NCBI GenBank assembly: GCA_030390025.1
Contig: CM059431.1
Coordinates: 154,010,001 to 154,074,000 of the forward strand
Length of the DNA stretch: 64,000 nucleotides
From: Squalus acanthias
Lineage: Eukaryota
Reading direction: 5' to 3'
The translations under genes and the position numbers were made by a program. The notes beneath the pieces are model-generated. The model saw nothing but the letters and a program-made list of their open reading frames with translations. It ran no database searches and was not told the origin of the DNA. Positions 1 through 12,229 of this stretch are shown here, piece by piece; within the stretch, counting starts at the first letter, position 1, and each line of letters starts with the position of its first letter.

Positions 1-679
1 GAAATTACACTGACTGAGAGTTTGATTGGACGCACGTGTGTGAACACACACAGCGAGACGCGCGCACAAGTGGAGAATTGTGATTGTAAAACAGCAGTTA
101 AATCTACCACTTGTATATTAATGGCCAATTCTGAGATTGTAAGATCCCTAAATATATTCCAGAAATCAATGCTGTGCATCATCTCACTGTTTAAAGTTAC
201 ATGATTCATAATATTATTCATAAGTTTTAATATTAGTGGAACAGTGGTAAGTGACCTCACCTTTTACAGTGCTGATTCCTCAGGTGCTGACACCATGAGA
301 GATATGGTCAATATATTCAAATAGAAGCACCAAACAGGACACATCTCCAGTAATACACGGACAATGCCACAGCCCATAGAGACCAGAGGGTTCAGATCTC
401 GACATATATTGTGTGTGGATAGATATCATAGTCATAAACTACCAGAATTTAATATCAAAATTCAGCAAATCCAAAATATTAAACAAAAATCGGTGAATAA
501 ATATATTATACCGCCAGAGTGTGAAACCCAGTGCTCCATATTTCCCTGCAGAATATTCTCTACCTCAAGAATAAGGCTGGTTTTGGCGTGCACTGTGAGT
601 AAAGCTTACAAACGGGCACTCTCAGTGCGGAGTCCCGGCCGACGGGAGCACATCTGGAACTCGGTTGTGGAGATCAGCA

Positions 680-1000
680 ACAAATTGTATTTATATAGCG
701 CGTCGATAGGAGTAAAACGTCCCAAATCCGCTTCACAGGTGTATTATAAGTCAAAAACTTGATACCGAGCCAGGTGAGGAGAAATTAGGATAGATAACTA
801 AAAGCTTGTTCAAAGACGTAGGTTTTAAGGAGCGACTTAAAGAAGGAAAGTGAAGTGGAGAGTCAGAGAGTTTTAGGGAGGGATTTCCAGAAATTAGGGC
901 CTAGGCAACAGATGGCACGGCCACCAATGCTTGAGCGATTATTATCAGGGATGCTCAAGAGGGCAGAATTATAGGAGCGCATTTATCTCGCGGCGGGGGG
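680..1000 (-). mobile_element. L2-type LINE 3' end fragment
   Basis: Homologous to 8820-9100 and, in reverse, to 5450-5840. Confidence 0.65.
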
Positions 1001-1009
1001 GGGGACTTT

Positions 1010-2550
1010 TTACCGTTTACGGGATGTGGGCGTCGCTAGAAAGGCCAGCATTTATTGCAAAACCCTAATTGCCCTTGAGAAGGTGCTGGTGACCTGCCTT
1101 ATTGAAAAGCTGCGGTCCGTGTGGTGAAGATACTCCCATAGTGCTGTTATTTACAGAGTTCCAGGATTTTGGTCCAGCGACGATGAAGGATCAGCGATAT
1201 ACTTCTAAGTCAGGATGGTGTGTGACTTGAGGGGGAACCTGGAGGTGGTGGTGTTCCCATGCGCCTGCTGTCCTTGTCCTTCTAGCTGGTAGAGGTCGCG
1301 GGTTTGGGAGGTGCTGCCAAAGTATCCTTGGCGAGTTGCTGTAGTGCATCTTCTCGATGGTACACACTGCAGCCACGGTACGCCGGTGGCGGAGGTAGTG
1401 AATGTATAACGTGTTGGATGGGGTGCCAATCAAGCGGGCTGCTTTGTCCTGGATTGTGTCGAGGTTCTTGAGTGTTGCTGGAGCTGCACTTATCCAGGCA
1501 AATGGAGAATATTCCATCACACTCCTTACTTGTGACTTGTAGATGATGAAAAGATGTTGGGGAGTCAGAGGTGATACACTCGCCTAAGAATACCTAGCCT
1601 CTGAACTGCGCTTGTTGCCACAGCTTTTATGCGGCTGATCTAGTTAAGTTTCAGGTCAACGGTTACCCCCAGGGTATTGATGGTTGGAGATTCGACGTTG
1701 AATGTCAAGGGGAGGTGGTTAGACTCTCACTTGTTGGAGATAGTCATTGCCAGGCACTTCTGTGGCGCGAATGTTACCTGTCAATTATCAGCACAAGCCT
1801 GAACGTCGTCCAAGTCTTGTTGCATGCGGGCATGGACAGCTAAATTATGTTAGGAATTGTGAATGGCGCTGAACACTGTGCAGTCTTCAGCGAACATCCC
1901 CATTTCTCACCTTTTGTTGGAGGGAAGGTCATTGATGAAGCAGCTGAAGATGGTTGGGTCTAGGACACTGCCCTGAGGAACTCCTGCAGCGATATCCTGG
2001 GGCTGTGATGATTGAGCTTCAACCACCAGAACCATCTTCCTTTGTGCTAGGTATGACTCCAGCAATGGAGCCTTTCCCCCCCGCCCCCCCCGATTCCCAT
2101 TGACTTCAGTTTTACCTGGGCTCCTTGATGCCGCACTCGGTCAAATGCTGCCTTGATGTCAAGGGCAGTCTCTCTCATCTCACCTCTGGAATTCAGCTAA
2201 TTTGTCCATGTTTGAAACAAGGCTGTGATGAGTTCGGGAGGCGAGTGGTCTCTGCGGAATCCGAACAGGGCAACAGTGAGCAGGTTATTGGTGAGTTAGT
2301 GCCGCTTGATAGCAATATCGATGACACATTTAATCACATGGCTGATGATTGAGAGTGGACTGATCGGGCGGTAACTGGCTGGGTTGGATTTGTCTGGCTT
2401 TTTGTGGACAGGCCATACCTGGGAGTTTACCAGTCGGATAGATGCCAGTGTTATAGCTGTACTGGAACAGCTTGGCTAGAGGCGCATCTAGTTCTGGAGC
2501 ACAAGTCTTCAGCACGATAGCCGGGATGTTGTCGGGGCCCATAGCCTTAA
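1010..2550 (-). mobile_element. CR1/L2-group LINE (family B), 5'-truncated, internally deleted
   Basis: RT fragments KAMGPDNIPAIVLKTCAPEL and MEYSPFAW; same 3' tail as the 32870-35320 copy. Confidence 0.85.
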
Positions 2551-3229
2551 TCCACATCTGAGACTAGAGAGCAGAATTCATAAAACTGTTGGAGCTGAAA
2601 CAGAATATTTATCAAATAGTGAAAAATTACAAGCAGGAAAATGGAAGGTTGTTTTCGAGTGTGAGAGATGAGGTGACTAGGTGTTAAAAAAATGCAAGTT
2701 ATAATAGGATCAAAATTACAAAGGTTTTGATTTAGGATTGACTGTTATGCCTGTAAGTTTACAAATCATTCCAAATATATTTGGAAAGTCAGAAGCATGA
2801 GAGATGTGATTTCTTATCGATAGGACAGGGCCTGGGATTTCACTGGACTCATAGATATATTCCTGGTCATAACATTTTGAGGAGGAGAAAAATAATTGTG
2901 GACGCCATAATCAATAAAGGGTTCCAGGACATGGCTAGAAGAACAATAAAACACTCTTATTTCTATAGCATCTTTAACGTAGTAAAACGTCGTAAGGCAC
3001 TTCACTGGAGCGTTATCAAACAAAATGTGATACCGAGCCACATAAGGAGATATTCGGACAGGTGACCAAAAGCTTCGTCAGAGAGGGAGGTTTTAAGGAG
3101 CGTCTCAAAGGAGGAGAGAGATGTTTTGAACAAAAGGATCTTCCTGGGCGCTATATTAAGGTAGAATCCCTGCACTTTAAAGTAAAATAGTGAAAAGACA
3201 CTATTACACATATTGAATAATTCGTTCGA

Positions 3230-4690
3230 AATAGGTGTCATGCCAGAGGACTCGCCGGTGGCTAACGTTATACCTATATTTAAGAAGGAGGATAAAACAT
3301 ATCTAGGAAACTAAAGACCAGTCAGCTTAAATCAGTAGTAGGAACAATAATGGAATCTGTACTAAAAGAGAAAATAGAAAAAAATCTAGAAAGCAAAAAT
3401 ATAATAATGAATAGTCAACATGGATTTCAAATGGGAAATTCTTGCTTGACCAACTTCATTGAATTCTTTGACGAGGGAACATAGAGAGTAGACAGAGGTA
3501 ATGTGGTAGATGTAATATCTGTTGTTTTCTAAAAGGTCTTTGATAAGGTACCACATAATAAACTAATGAATAAGGTGAGAGCATGAGGAGTCAAGGGACA
3601 AGTAGCAGAATGGATAGCTTGGTGGCTGCAGGACAGAAATCAGAGAGTAGGGGTAAAGGGTAGCTATTCAGAGTGGCAGAAGGTGGATAGTGCTGCTCCA
3701 CAAGGATCAGTGCTGGGACCACTGTTATTCACAATTTACTTTAACGATTTAGACTTTTGAATCAATAACAAAATTACTCAATTCGTTGACAACCTAAAAT
3801 AAGGACGGATAGTCAATACTGAGGAGGACTTCAATAATTTACAGGAAACTTACAGAATAGGCATGTCATTGGCAAATAAATATCAACATAGATAAGTGTG
3901 TTTTATCACATTTTGGTTGGAAAAGTAAGGAGGTCACATATTACTTAGAAATAAGAATCTTTATGGGGTAGTGGAACAAAGTGATCTCGGATTAAAAATA
4001 CACAAATCATTAAAAGTTACAACGCAGGTTAATAAATGCATAACAAGAGCAAAACAAGCACTGGGTTTTCTTTGTAGAGGGATAGAATTGAAAAGTAGGG
4101 AAGTTATGATTATCTTGTATCGAACCTTGGTTAGACCAGAGTTGGCGTACTGTGTACAGTTCTGGTCGCCGTATTATAGAAAAAGCATATTGAGGCAATT
4201 GAGTAGGTGCAAAAAGGATTTACAAGGGTGATGCCAAAACTGCCTGGTTCTACATCTCAGGAAAGTTTGAACAGGCTTGGTCTCTTTTCTCGTGAAAAGA
4301 GAGGATTTAGGAGTGACATATTACAAGTCTTTAAAATTCTGAAAGGTTTTGATACAATAGACAGAGTGTTTCCACTTGTGGTGAAGAGCAAAACTAGAGG
4401 CCATCAATATAAGATAGTCACCAAGAAATGAAATAGGGAATTCAGCAGAAACATCTTTAGCCACAGAGTGCTGAGAATGTGAAATTCGCTACCACAGGGA
4501 GTGGTTGAAGCGAATAGTATAGATGCATTTAAGGGGAGGCTTGATAAGCCTATGAGGGAGAAGGGAATACAGGGTTATGCTGATAGTTGGATGAGGAAGG
4601 ATGGGAGGAGGCTGGAGTGGAAAATAAATGGACAGGTTGGGCCGAATGGCCTGTTTCTGTGCTTTATATTGTTTGTAATTCTAAGTAATC
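3230..4690 (+). mobile_element. CR1 LINE, decayed RT and 3' UTR
   Basis: PQGSVLGPLLF and LVRPELAYCVQFWSPY motifs. Confidence 0.85.
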
Positions 4691-4726
4691 CATATGTACA
4701 AAGGTAAGCATTAAGAAGGGAAAGAG

Positions 4727-4887
4727 CAATGTTCCCCCTAATATTTTATAGGTGCGGCTCCCTTTAATGAGCTGCGCGGACCATTCACAATTTCGCGCAT
4801 GTGCCAAATCTACCATAGAAAAGTCGGTAAGCGGCCTGAGCAGGATCTCCAGATAGTGCGCGGTCGTGAAGCTGAGCGGGAACGTTG
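4727..4887. mobile_element. Short MITE-like element (possibly hAT-type)
   Basis: Terminal inverted repeats CAATGTTCCC / GGGAACGTTG; no clear TSD. Confidence 0.45.
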
Positions 4888-5449
4888 CAGTGGAGGTGAG
4901 ATAGAGGGGGAGCTGGGGGAAACTCGTGGAGGGTGAAGGTTTTGCAGATAAAAAATGGTTCCTTTGATAGAGGAAGTGAAAATGTTGATGTAATGGAGGA
5001 GGATGTGGGTCCACAGTTAGAGATCACATTACAGAAGGAATTGGATCTGAGAAAAATAGCTGAGGTGGATAAGTCACTGGACCGAGAGATAATGCAACTC
5101 AGGCTGTTAAAGGAAACATCAGTGGGGAGATAAAAGGAACTCTGAGAACAATTTTTCTATCCTCATATAATATCGGAAATGTACAGGTGGACTGAAGAGC
5201 CCAAACAATGTGTCTGTTAAAATGCGGATAGAGCATCTGCGGATAACTGAAGACCAATTCATTTGTTGTTTGTGAGAAAGCTGTTCGAAACTGTAATTCC
5301 AGGTTGAATTAATGAACATTTAGAGATAAAGACGAGGCTGGAACAGATTAGCTACAGACAAGTTGTATTTGACGAATTTGATGCACCTTTTTTGAGACGT
5401 GTCTTTATAGATCTGCTATTGAAAGCATCAATCACCCATGTGCATTCTG

Positions 5450-5840
5450 ACCTACATTGGCTCACGATCCGGCAGCACCTCGATTTAAAAAATTCTCATC
5501 ATTGTTTTCAAATCCCTCCATGTCTCGCTACTCCCAATCTGTGTCACCTCCTCCAACTCTAAACCGTCGAGATCTCTGCGATCCCGTAATTCAGGACACT
5601 TGCGCATCCCCGAATTTAATCACTCCGCCATTGGTGGCCATGCCTTCTACTGCCCTAAAGTCTGGAATTCCATCTCTCTCCATATGACGCTCCTTAAAAC
5701 CTACCTCTTTGGCCAGGCTTTTGGTCACCTGTCCTAATATGTGGCTCGGTGTTCAATTTTGTTTGATAGCGCTCCTGCGATGTTCCTTGGAACATCTTAT
5801 TACGTTAAAAAAGCTTTATAAATGAAAGCTGTTGCTGTGG
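5450..5840 (+). mobile_element. L2-type LINE 3' end fragment
   Basis: Reverse complement of the tail at 680-1000 and 8820-9170. Confidence 0.65.
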
Positions 5841-6074
5841 AGACTGTAATCTTGCCTCATCAACCGGATAAGTCGGGTATTTGGCTATTCCACCCAGATA
5901 GGACCTTTGCTGTAGGCCATCTCATTCGGAATCAGGCCCTGGATCCAGCAGATTCTTTACAGCACATTCATCTTGTCCGCAACCTTTTGCCAGGTGAGCT
6001 ACAGTGCCATCCTGTGGGCTCGGTGCCCTAGAATATTGAGCCCGACCTCTTGTGACAGACATGGTGTGCTGCCA

Positions 6075-7520
6075 TACTGTGGGGTAGGGCTGGGTCCGTG
6101 GATTGTCAGTGTCGGGCTGGGTGATTGCAGTGTTCGGTTGTGTGAGTGGGGTTTCGGTGTTGGGTTGGGTCAGTGGAGTATCGGTGATGGGCGCGGTAGT
6201 GAGGTGTCACTGTATGGCTGCGTCAGTGGGGTTTCGGTGTTGGGCTGTGTCAGTGAGGTGTCGGTTTTGGGCTGGGTCAGTGGGGTGTCGGTGTTGGTCT
6301 GGGTCAGTGAGGTGTCACTGTATGGCTGCGTCAGAGGGGTGTCGGTGTTGGTCTGTGTCAGTGAGGTATCACTGTAAGCCTGCGTCAGTGGGGTGTCGGT
6401 GTTGGGCTGTGTCAGTGAGGTGTCGGTTTTGGGCTGGGTCAGTTAGGTGTCTGTGTTGGTCTGTGTCAATGGGGTGTCGGTGTTGGGCTGGGTCAGTGAG
6501 GGTGTCGAAGTTAGGTCAGTGGGGTGTCGGTGTTGAGCTCGGTAAGTGTGGTTCCGGTGTCGGGCTGGGTCAGTGGGTTGTCGGGTTGTGGCCGGGTCAG
6601 TCTGTTTCGGTGATGTGCTGGCTCAGTGTGGTATCGTTATCGTGCTGGGTCAGAGAGGATGTCGGTTTTGGCCTAGGTAAGTGGTGTTTCGGTTCAGGAC
6701 TGGGTCAGTGAGGGTGTCGGTGTTGGGCTGTGTCAGTGGGGTGTCGGTATAGGACTTGGTCAGTGGGGTGTCGGTGTAGGACTGGGTCAGTGAGGGTGTC
6801 GGTGTTGTGTCAGTGAGGGTGTCGGCCTAGGTCTGGTCAGTGGGGTGTCGGTGTAGGAATGGTTCAGTGGGGTGTCTGTGTTGATCTGGGACAGTGGGTT
6901 GTTGGTGTGGGGAATGGGTCTGTGGGGTGTCGGTGTAGGGCTGGGTCAGTGGGGTGTTGGTGTTTGACAGGGTCAGTAACGTGTCGGTGTTGGGTCAGTG
7001 AGGGTGCCGTTGTTGGGCTGGGTCAGTGGGGTCTCGGTGTTGGCCTGCGTGAGTGGGTTGTCGTTGTGGAGCTGGGTCAGTGAGGATGTCGAGGCTTGTC
7101 ATTGAGGGTTTTGTGGCTGGTCAGAGAGGGTGTTGGTGTTGGGTCAGAGAGTGTGTTGGGGTTGCGTCAGTGAGGGTGTCGGGACTGGGTCTGTGAGGGT
7201 GTCGGGACTGGGTCAGTGAGGGTTTTGGGGCTGATCAGAGAGGGTGTTGGGGTTGGGTCAGTGAGGCTGTCGGGACTGGGTCAGTGAGGGTGTCGCGGCT
7301 GGGACAGTGAGGGTGTCGGGACTGGGTCAGTGAGTGTTTTGGGGCTGGTCAGAGAGGGTGTTGGGGTTGGGTCAGTGAGGGTGTCGGGACTGGGTTAGGG
7401 AGGGTGTCGGTACTGGTCAGAGAGGGTGTTGTGGCTGGTCAGAGAGGGTGTTGGGGTTGGGTCAGTGAGGGTGTCGGGACTAGGGCAGTGAGGGTGTCGC
7501 GGCTGGGTCAGTGAGGGTGT
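6075..7520 (+). repeat. G/T-rich minisatellite, ~20-26 bp unit with core GGGTCAGTGAGGGTGTCGG
   Basis: Dozens of tandem degenerate copies are visible. Confidence 0.95.
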
Positions 7521-8745
7521 CCTACGATGCCACCTTCCATACCAGTGCTTCTGACATGTCTTCTTTTTTCCTCAACGAGGAGTCCCCTCTATATTAGTTG
7601 ACACGGCCCTTGACCATGTCCGTTCTATCTCACGCACTTCTCCCCTCATCCCTGCCCCTCCCTCCCGGACCCTGACAGAGTTCCCCTTGTCCTCACCTTT
7701 CACCCCACCAGCCTCCACATTCAACGGATCATCCTTCGCCATTTCCGCCAACTCCAGCGTGATGCCACCACCAAATGCATCTTCCCCTCACGTCCACTTT
7801 CAGCATTCCGTATGGACCGCTCCCACCGCGACACCCTAGTCCACTCCTCTATCACCCCCAACACCCCTTCCTCTTCGCCCGGCAACTTCCCGTGCAAGCG
7901 CAGGAGATGCAACACCTGCCCTTATACTTCCATCCTTCCCACTGTCCAGGGCCCGAAACACCCCTTCCATGTGAAACAGCGATTTACTTGTACTTCTTGC
8001 AATTTAGTATAATGTGTTCGCTGCTCACGACGTGGTCTCATCTACATTGGGGAGACCAAACGCAGCTTGGGTGACCGCTTTGCGGAACACCTGCGTTCAT
8101 TCCGTAAGTGGAACCCCGAGCTGCCGGTCGCCTGTCACTTTAACTCACCGCTCCACACCCACTCTGACCTCACCGTCCTCGGCCTCTTGCATTGTTCCAC
8201 GGAAGCTCAGCGTAAGCTTGAGGAACAATACCTCATCTTTCGATTAGACACTTTACAGCCTTCTGGACTCAAAATGGAGTTCAGCAATTTCAGGTTATAA
8301 CCTCGGCCCCTATCATATATATATATATTTTTTATCCACACTCTTTGTCTGTCTTTTTTTTCTTTTCCCCCACATGGCAGCTGTCTTTCATTCTGCAAGC
8401 GCAATTTACACTTCATCGAGAGCCATCGTTTGTTTCTTAACCTGTCCCATTACCAACTCATTTTGCCTTGAATATCTCTTAATGTCTCTTAAAATCTTCC
8501 GCCTTATATCCTATCACAGACCTTCTCTTTTGTTCTTTCATCCCCTCCCCACTTTCCTAAACTCAACACTTGATTAAAAAAATCTGTTTCATGTTCTGCT
8601 TTTTTCCAGTTCTGACGAAAGGTCATCGACCTGAAACGTTAAATCTGTTTGTCTCTTCACAGACGCTGCCTGACCTGCTGAGGTTCTCCAGCACTTTCTG
8701 TATTTATTTCAGATTTCCAGCATATGCAGTGTTATATTTTTGTCT
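7521..8745 (+). mobile_element. Penelope-like element, 5'-truncated (GIY-YIG endonuclease remnant plus pLTR tail)
   Basis: YIGETKR.LGDRFAEHLRS and EQYLIFRLDTLQPSGL; homologous to 14951-16258. Confidence 0.9.
8606..8646 (+). ncRNA. Minimal type I hammerhead ribozyme in Penelope pLTR
   Basis: AGTT-CTGACGA-a-AGGTC atc GACCT-GAAA-CG-TT-AAAT; one mismatch in stem I. Confidence 0.7.
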
Positions 8746-8819
8746 TACAATACTCCTGTGAAGTGCCTTGGGATGTTTTAGAACGTTAAAGGCGCTATAC
8801 AAATAAAAGTTGTTGTTAT

Positions 8820-11800
8820 AAGAAAATAAATTGACACCGTGACACATAAGGTGAAATTAGCGCAGATGACTAAAAGATTGGTCAAACGGGTAGGTTTTAA
8901 GGAGCGATATGAAGGAGTGAAATCGAGGTAGAGAGGCGGAGAGGTTTAATGAGGGATTTCCACAGCTTCGAGCCTTGGCAACTGAAGGCATGGCCACCAG
9001 TAGTTGAGCGAATATAATCAGGGATGCGCAAGTGGGCTGAATTATAGGTGCACATCTATCTTGGGGTGGGGCGGGGAGGCTGGAAGAGATTAGAGGTAGG
9101 GAGGTGCGAGGCCATGGAGGGAATTGAAAAGAAGGGTGAGAATTTTGAATTCGAGGCGTTGCTTAACCGGGATCCAATGTCTCTTCTTCTTATGCAGTTC
9201 CTCGGAACCGAGGATGACTTGCTTCGACACTAAAAATTAGTTCCCAGGTGCCTGCTGAGTCCAATGCGGTAACTACAGTTTCTGTCATAGGTAGGGCAGA
9301 CGGTGTTTGAAGGGCCGGGTGGGTGGAGTGCTTGGTTTGACCTGCGCTCCTTCCGCTGTTTGCACTTGGCTTCCGCTTGCTCCCGCTGAAGAGGCTCGAG
9401 GTGATCGGCGCCATCCCGGGTGCTTCTCTTCCACTTTGTCTAGTCTTGGGCTAGGAATTCCCAGGTGTCGGTGGGAATGTTGCACTTTTTCAAGGAGGCT
9501 TTGCGGGTGTCCTCGAAGAGTTTCCTCTGCCCTTCTGGGTTTCTCTTGCTGTGTCGGAGCTCCGAGTACAGCTCTTGTTTTGGGAGTCTCGTATCGGACA
9601 TGCGGACAATGTGGCCCGTCCATCGGAACTGATCCAGCATGGTGAAAGCTTCGATGCTGGGGATGTTGGCCTGAGCGAGAAAACTGATGTTGGTGCGCAT
9701 ATCCAGCCAATAGATTTGCAGGATTTTGCGGAGGCAGCGTTGGTGTAGCCTCTCCAGATCTTTGAGGTGCTTGCTGTACTTGGTCCATGACTCCGAAGCA
9801 TACAGGAGGGCGGGTATCACTACTGCTCTGTTGACGATTAGCTTGCCGCTGGGTTTGCGGTCCTGGTCTTCAAACACTCTCTTCCTCAGGCAAACGAAGG
9901 CTGCGCTGGCACACTGAAGGCAGTGTTGGACTTCGTCATCGACGCCCTTGTTGACAGTAGGTTCCCGAGGTATGGAAAGTTGTCCACGTTATCCAAGGTC
10001 TGCGAGCACAGGGGTGATGGGTGAATGGGACTTGGTGCGAGTTAGGACACTGGCACCCGAGTTTAGAGTGGCCTCTAATTTACGTAGGGTAGAATCTGGG
10101 TGGCCAGCCAGGAGTGTTTTGGAACAGTTAAGTCCAGAGTTAACAAAGGGATGGATGCGGGTTTCAGGAGCAGATGTTCTGATGCAGGTTTGGAGACAAG
10201 CGATGGTGGAGGTGGAAATAGGCGGTCGTGGTTAGGCCACGGATACTTTGTCGGAGGCTCCTTTCAGGCTCAAATCTGAATCCAAGATTGCAAAAAGTGT
10301 GTTTCAACATCAGACAGATGTTAGGGAGAGGGATGGAGTCAGTGACGGGGAATGAAAAAAATGGCTTCCCAATATTTATCTGTAGAAAATTTCTGCTCAT
10401 CCAGAACTGGATGTCGGACAACAGTCTGACAATTTAGAGACAGTGAAGGGGTCGAGAGAAGTGGTAGTGAGCTGGAGCTGCGTGTCGTCAGCGTAAACGT
10501 GGAAACTGAAGCTTCGTTTTCCGATGATGTTGTCAAGGGGCAGCATGTAGATGAAAAATAGGAAGGGGTCAAGGATAGATTCTTGGCGGAAACCAGAGGT
10601 AGTGATGCGCGAGTGAGAAGAGAAGCCATTGTACGTGATTGTCTGTCTATGATAAATAAGAATGGAACCAGACGAGTGCAGTCCCAAACAGCTGAACGAC
10701 GGTGTAGAGGCGTTGGAGGAGTGTGGAGTGTTCAAGCGTGTCAAAGGGTGCTGAGAAGTCGAGAAGGCCGAGGAGGCATAATTTATCTTTTTCGCAGTCA
10801 CAAAGGATATCATTTGTGACCTTGATGAGAGCCGTTTCATTACTGTGGCAGGGGCGGAAACCCGATTGCAGGCTCTCAAATATGGAGTACCAGGAAGGAT
10901 GGGAATGGCTATGGAAGGCAACAACATGTTCAAGGAATTTGCAGCGGAAAGGGACGTTGGAGCTGGGGCGGAAATTTGCAAGGACGGAGCTGTCGAGAGT
11001 TATTTATTTGAGGAGAGTGGTGATGACGGCAGATTTGAAGGAGAGAGGGACAGTACCTGAGGAGAGAGAGCCATTAATAATGTCAGCTAACATGGGAGCC
11101 AAAACAGGAAATGGGTGGTCAGCAGTTAACTGGGAATAGGATCGAGTGAGCAGGAACTGGGTCTCATGGACACGATAAGTGAGGGAGAGGTCAGGGGAGG
11201 AGACCAGAGAGAAGCTGGAGAAAGATGCGAGTTCAGGTCTAGGGCAGAGGGAACGTTATTGAATATTTTCCCGGTGGGTTAGGGGACGGATGAGAAGTGG
11301 CAGAGGCAGCTGATCGGATGGTCTGAATCTTAGAGACAAATACATTTATGAGCCTCTATCAAATGTTGTTGGAGGTGAGGGTGGAGGAGACAAGGGAGAG
11401 AGGTTTAAGAAGATGGTTAGCAGTGGAGAATAGAAGCAGTGGTTTGTCTTTGCATTCCAGAATGAATTTGGAATAGTGAGCAATTTTTGCAGACGAGTGC
11501 AGGACCCGATAATGCTTTCTGTGGTCCAGCCAGAACTGGCGGCAAATGGCTAAACCCATTGACTGCCATATCATTTCAATTCTGCGTCTCTTGGAATTAA
11601 GGGAGCGATATGAGGGCTGTACCAATTAGAAAAGGCAGGGTGAGAAAATGTGATTGATTTAATAGGGAGTAGGGCATCGAAGGTGGTGGTGAGGGTGTGG
11701 TTGAGCTGATCGGGAGCTGTAGTAATGTTGTGGTGAATGGAGGGCCAAAAGCTGGATGGCTGGGATTTCGTAAATGCAGTTTTTAAGAGATTTGGGAGAG

Positions 11801-12050
11801 AGATTTTTCGACACAGAATGAAGTAAGTTTGAGGGGGAAGGGGGATGTGGAAGGATTGTGATAGGGATTTGGGAAAGCAGCGTATCCTAAAGAGCAGAGA
11901 TGAAAGGAGGTATGACGACTGGAGAAGCGATCAGGTAGGTTTAGAGAGAAAAGGAAAAAAGGGGAGAAAAAAGTGGAAATGGAAGTGAACGGCTCGGGTC
12001 TGGAGCGGCATACAAAATACATACTCAAGATCAGCGGGACTCACTGAATT
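8820..12050 (-). mobile_element. L2 LINE, decayed, interrupted by an RTE insertion
   Basis: RT motif FHVYADDTQL, MSRNFLQINIGK, L2-type 3' tail. Confidence 0.85.
9183..9990 (-). mobile_element. RTE/BovB-like LINE 3' fragment
   Basis: LLYASESWT..HQRCLRKILQIYW..LYSEL; probable TSD atccaatgtct (9172-9182) / atccaaggtct (9991-10001). Confidence 0.85.
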
Positions 12051-12229
12051 TCACTGGGCAGCTTTCTGTGTCACACCTGATCTGGAGTGGTGATGGTAAC
12101 AGTCGGGAAATGCTGGTAACCAGAGCTAACAGTTTGCTGTACTGATGGATGAGGAGGGCCTTGATATCATGTTTAATAAGGCAACGTTCTGCTTCTCATC
12201 TTAATATTTCTGCCTAACCCTCCTATTAA

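Noticed and set aside
255..380. Minus-strand hydrophobic peptide MGCGIVRVLLEMCPVWCFYLNILTISLMVSAPEESAL near an AAG|GTGAG donor
   Set aside because: Stop codon precedes the donor; no homology or downstream exon can be supported within the window
4933..5400. Purine-rich ORF as a possible upstream NLR exon
   Set aside because: Resembles decayed CR1 ORF2 (DKS....RLLKE); multiple stops
5973..7083. Long Gly/Val/Cys/Trp-rich ORFs
   Set aside because: Translations of the G/T minisatellite
6075..7520. Immunoglobulin switch-region-like GGGCT/GGGGT pentamers
   Set aside because: Few AGCT motifs, and no Ig exons or RSSs seen nearby
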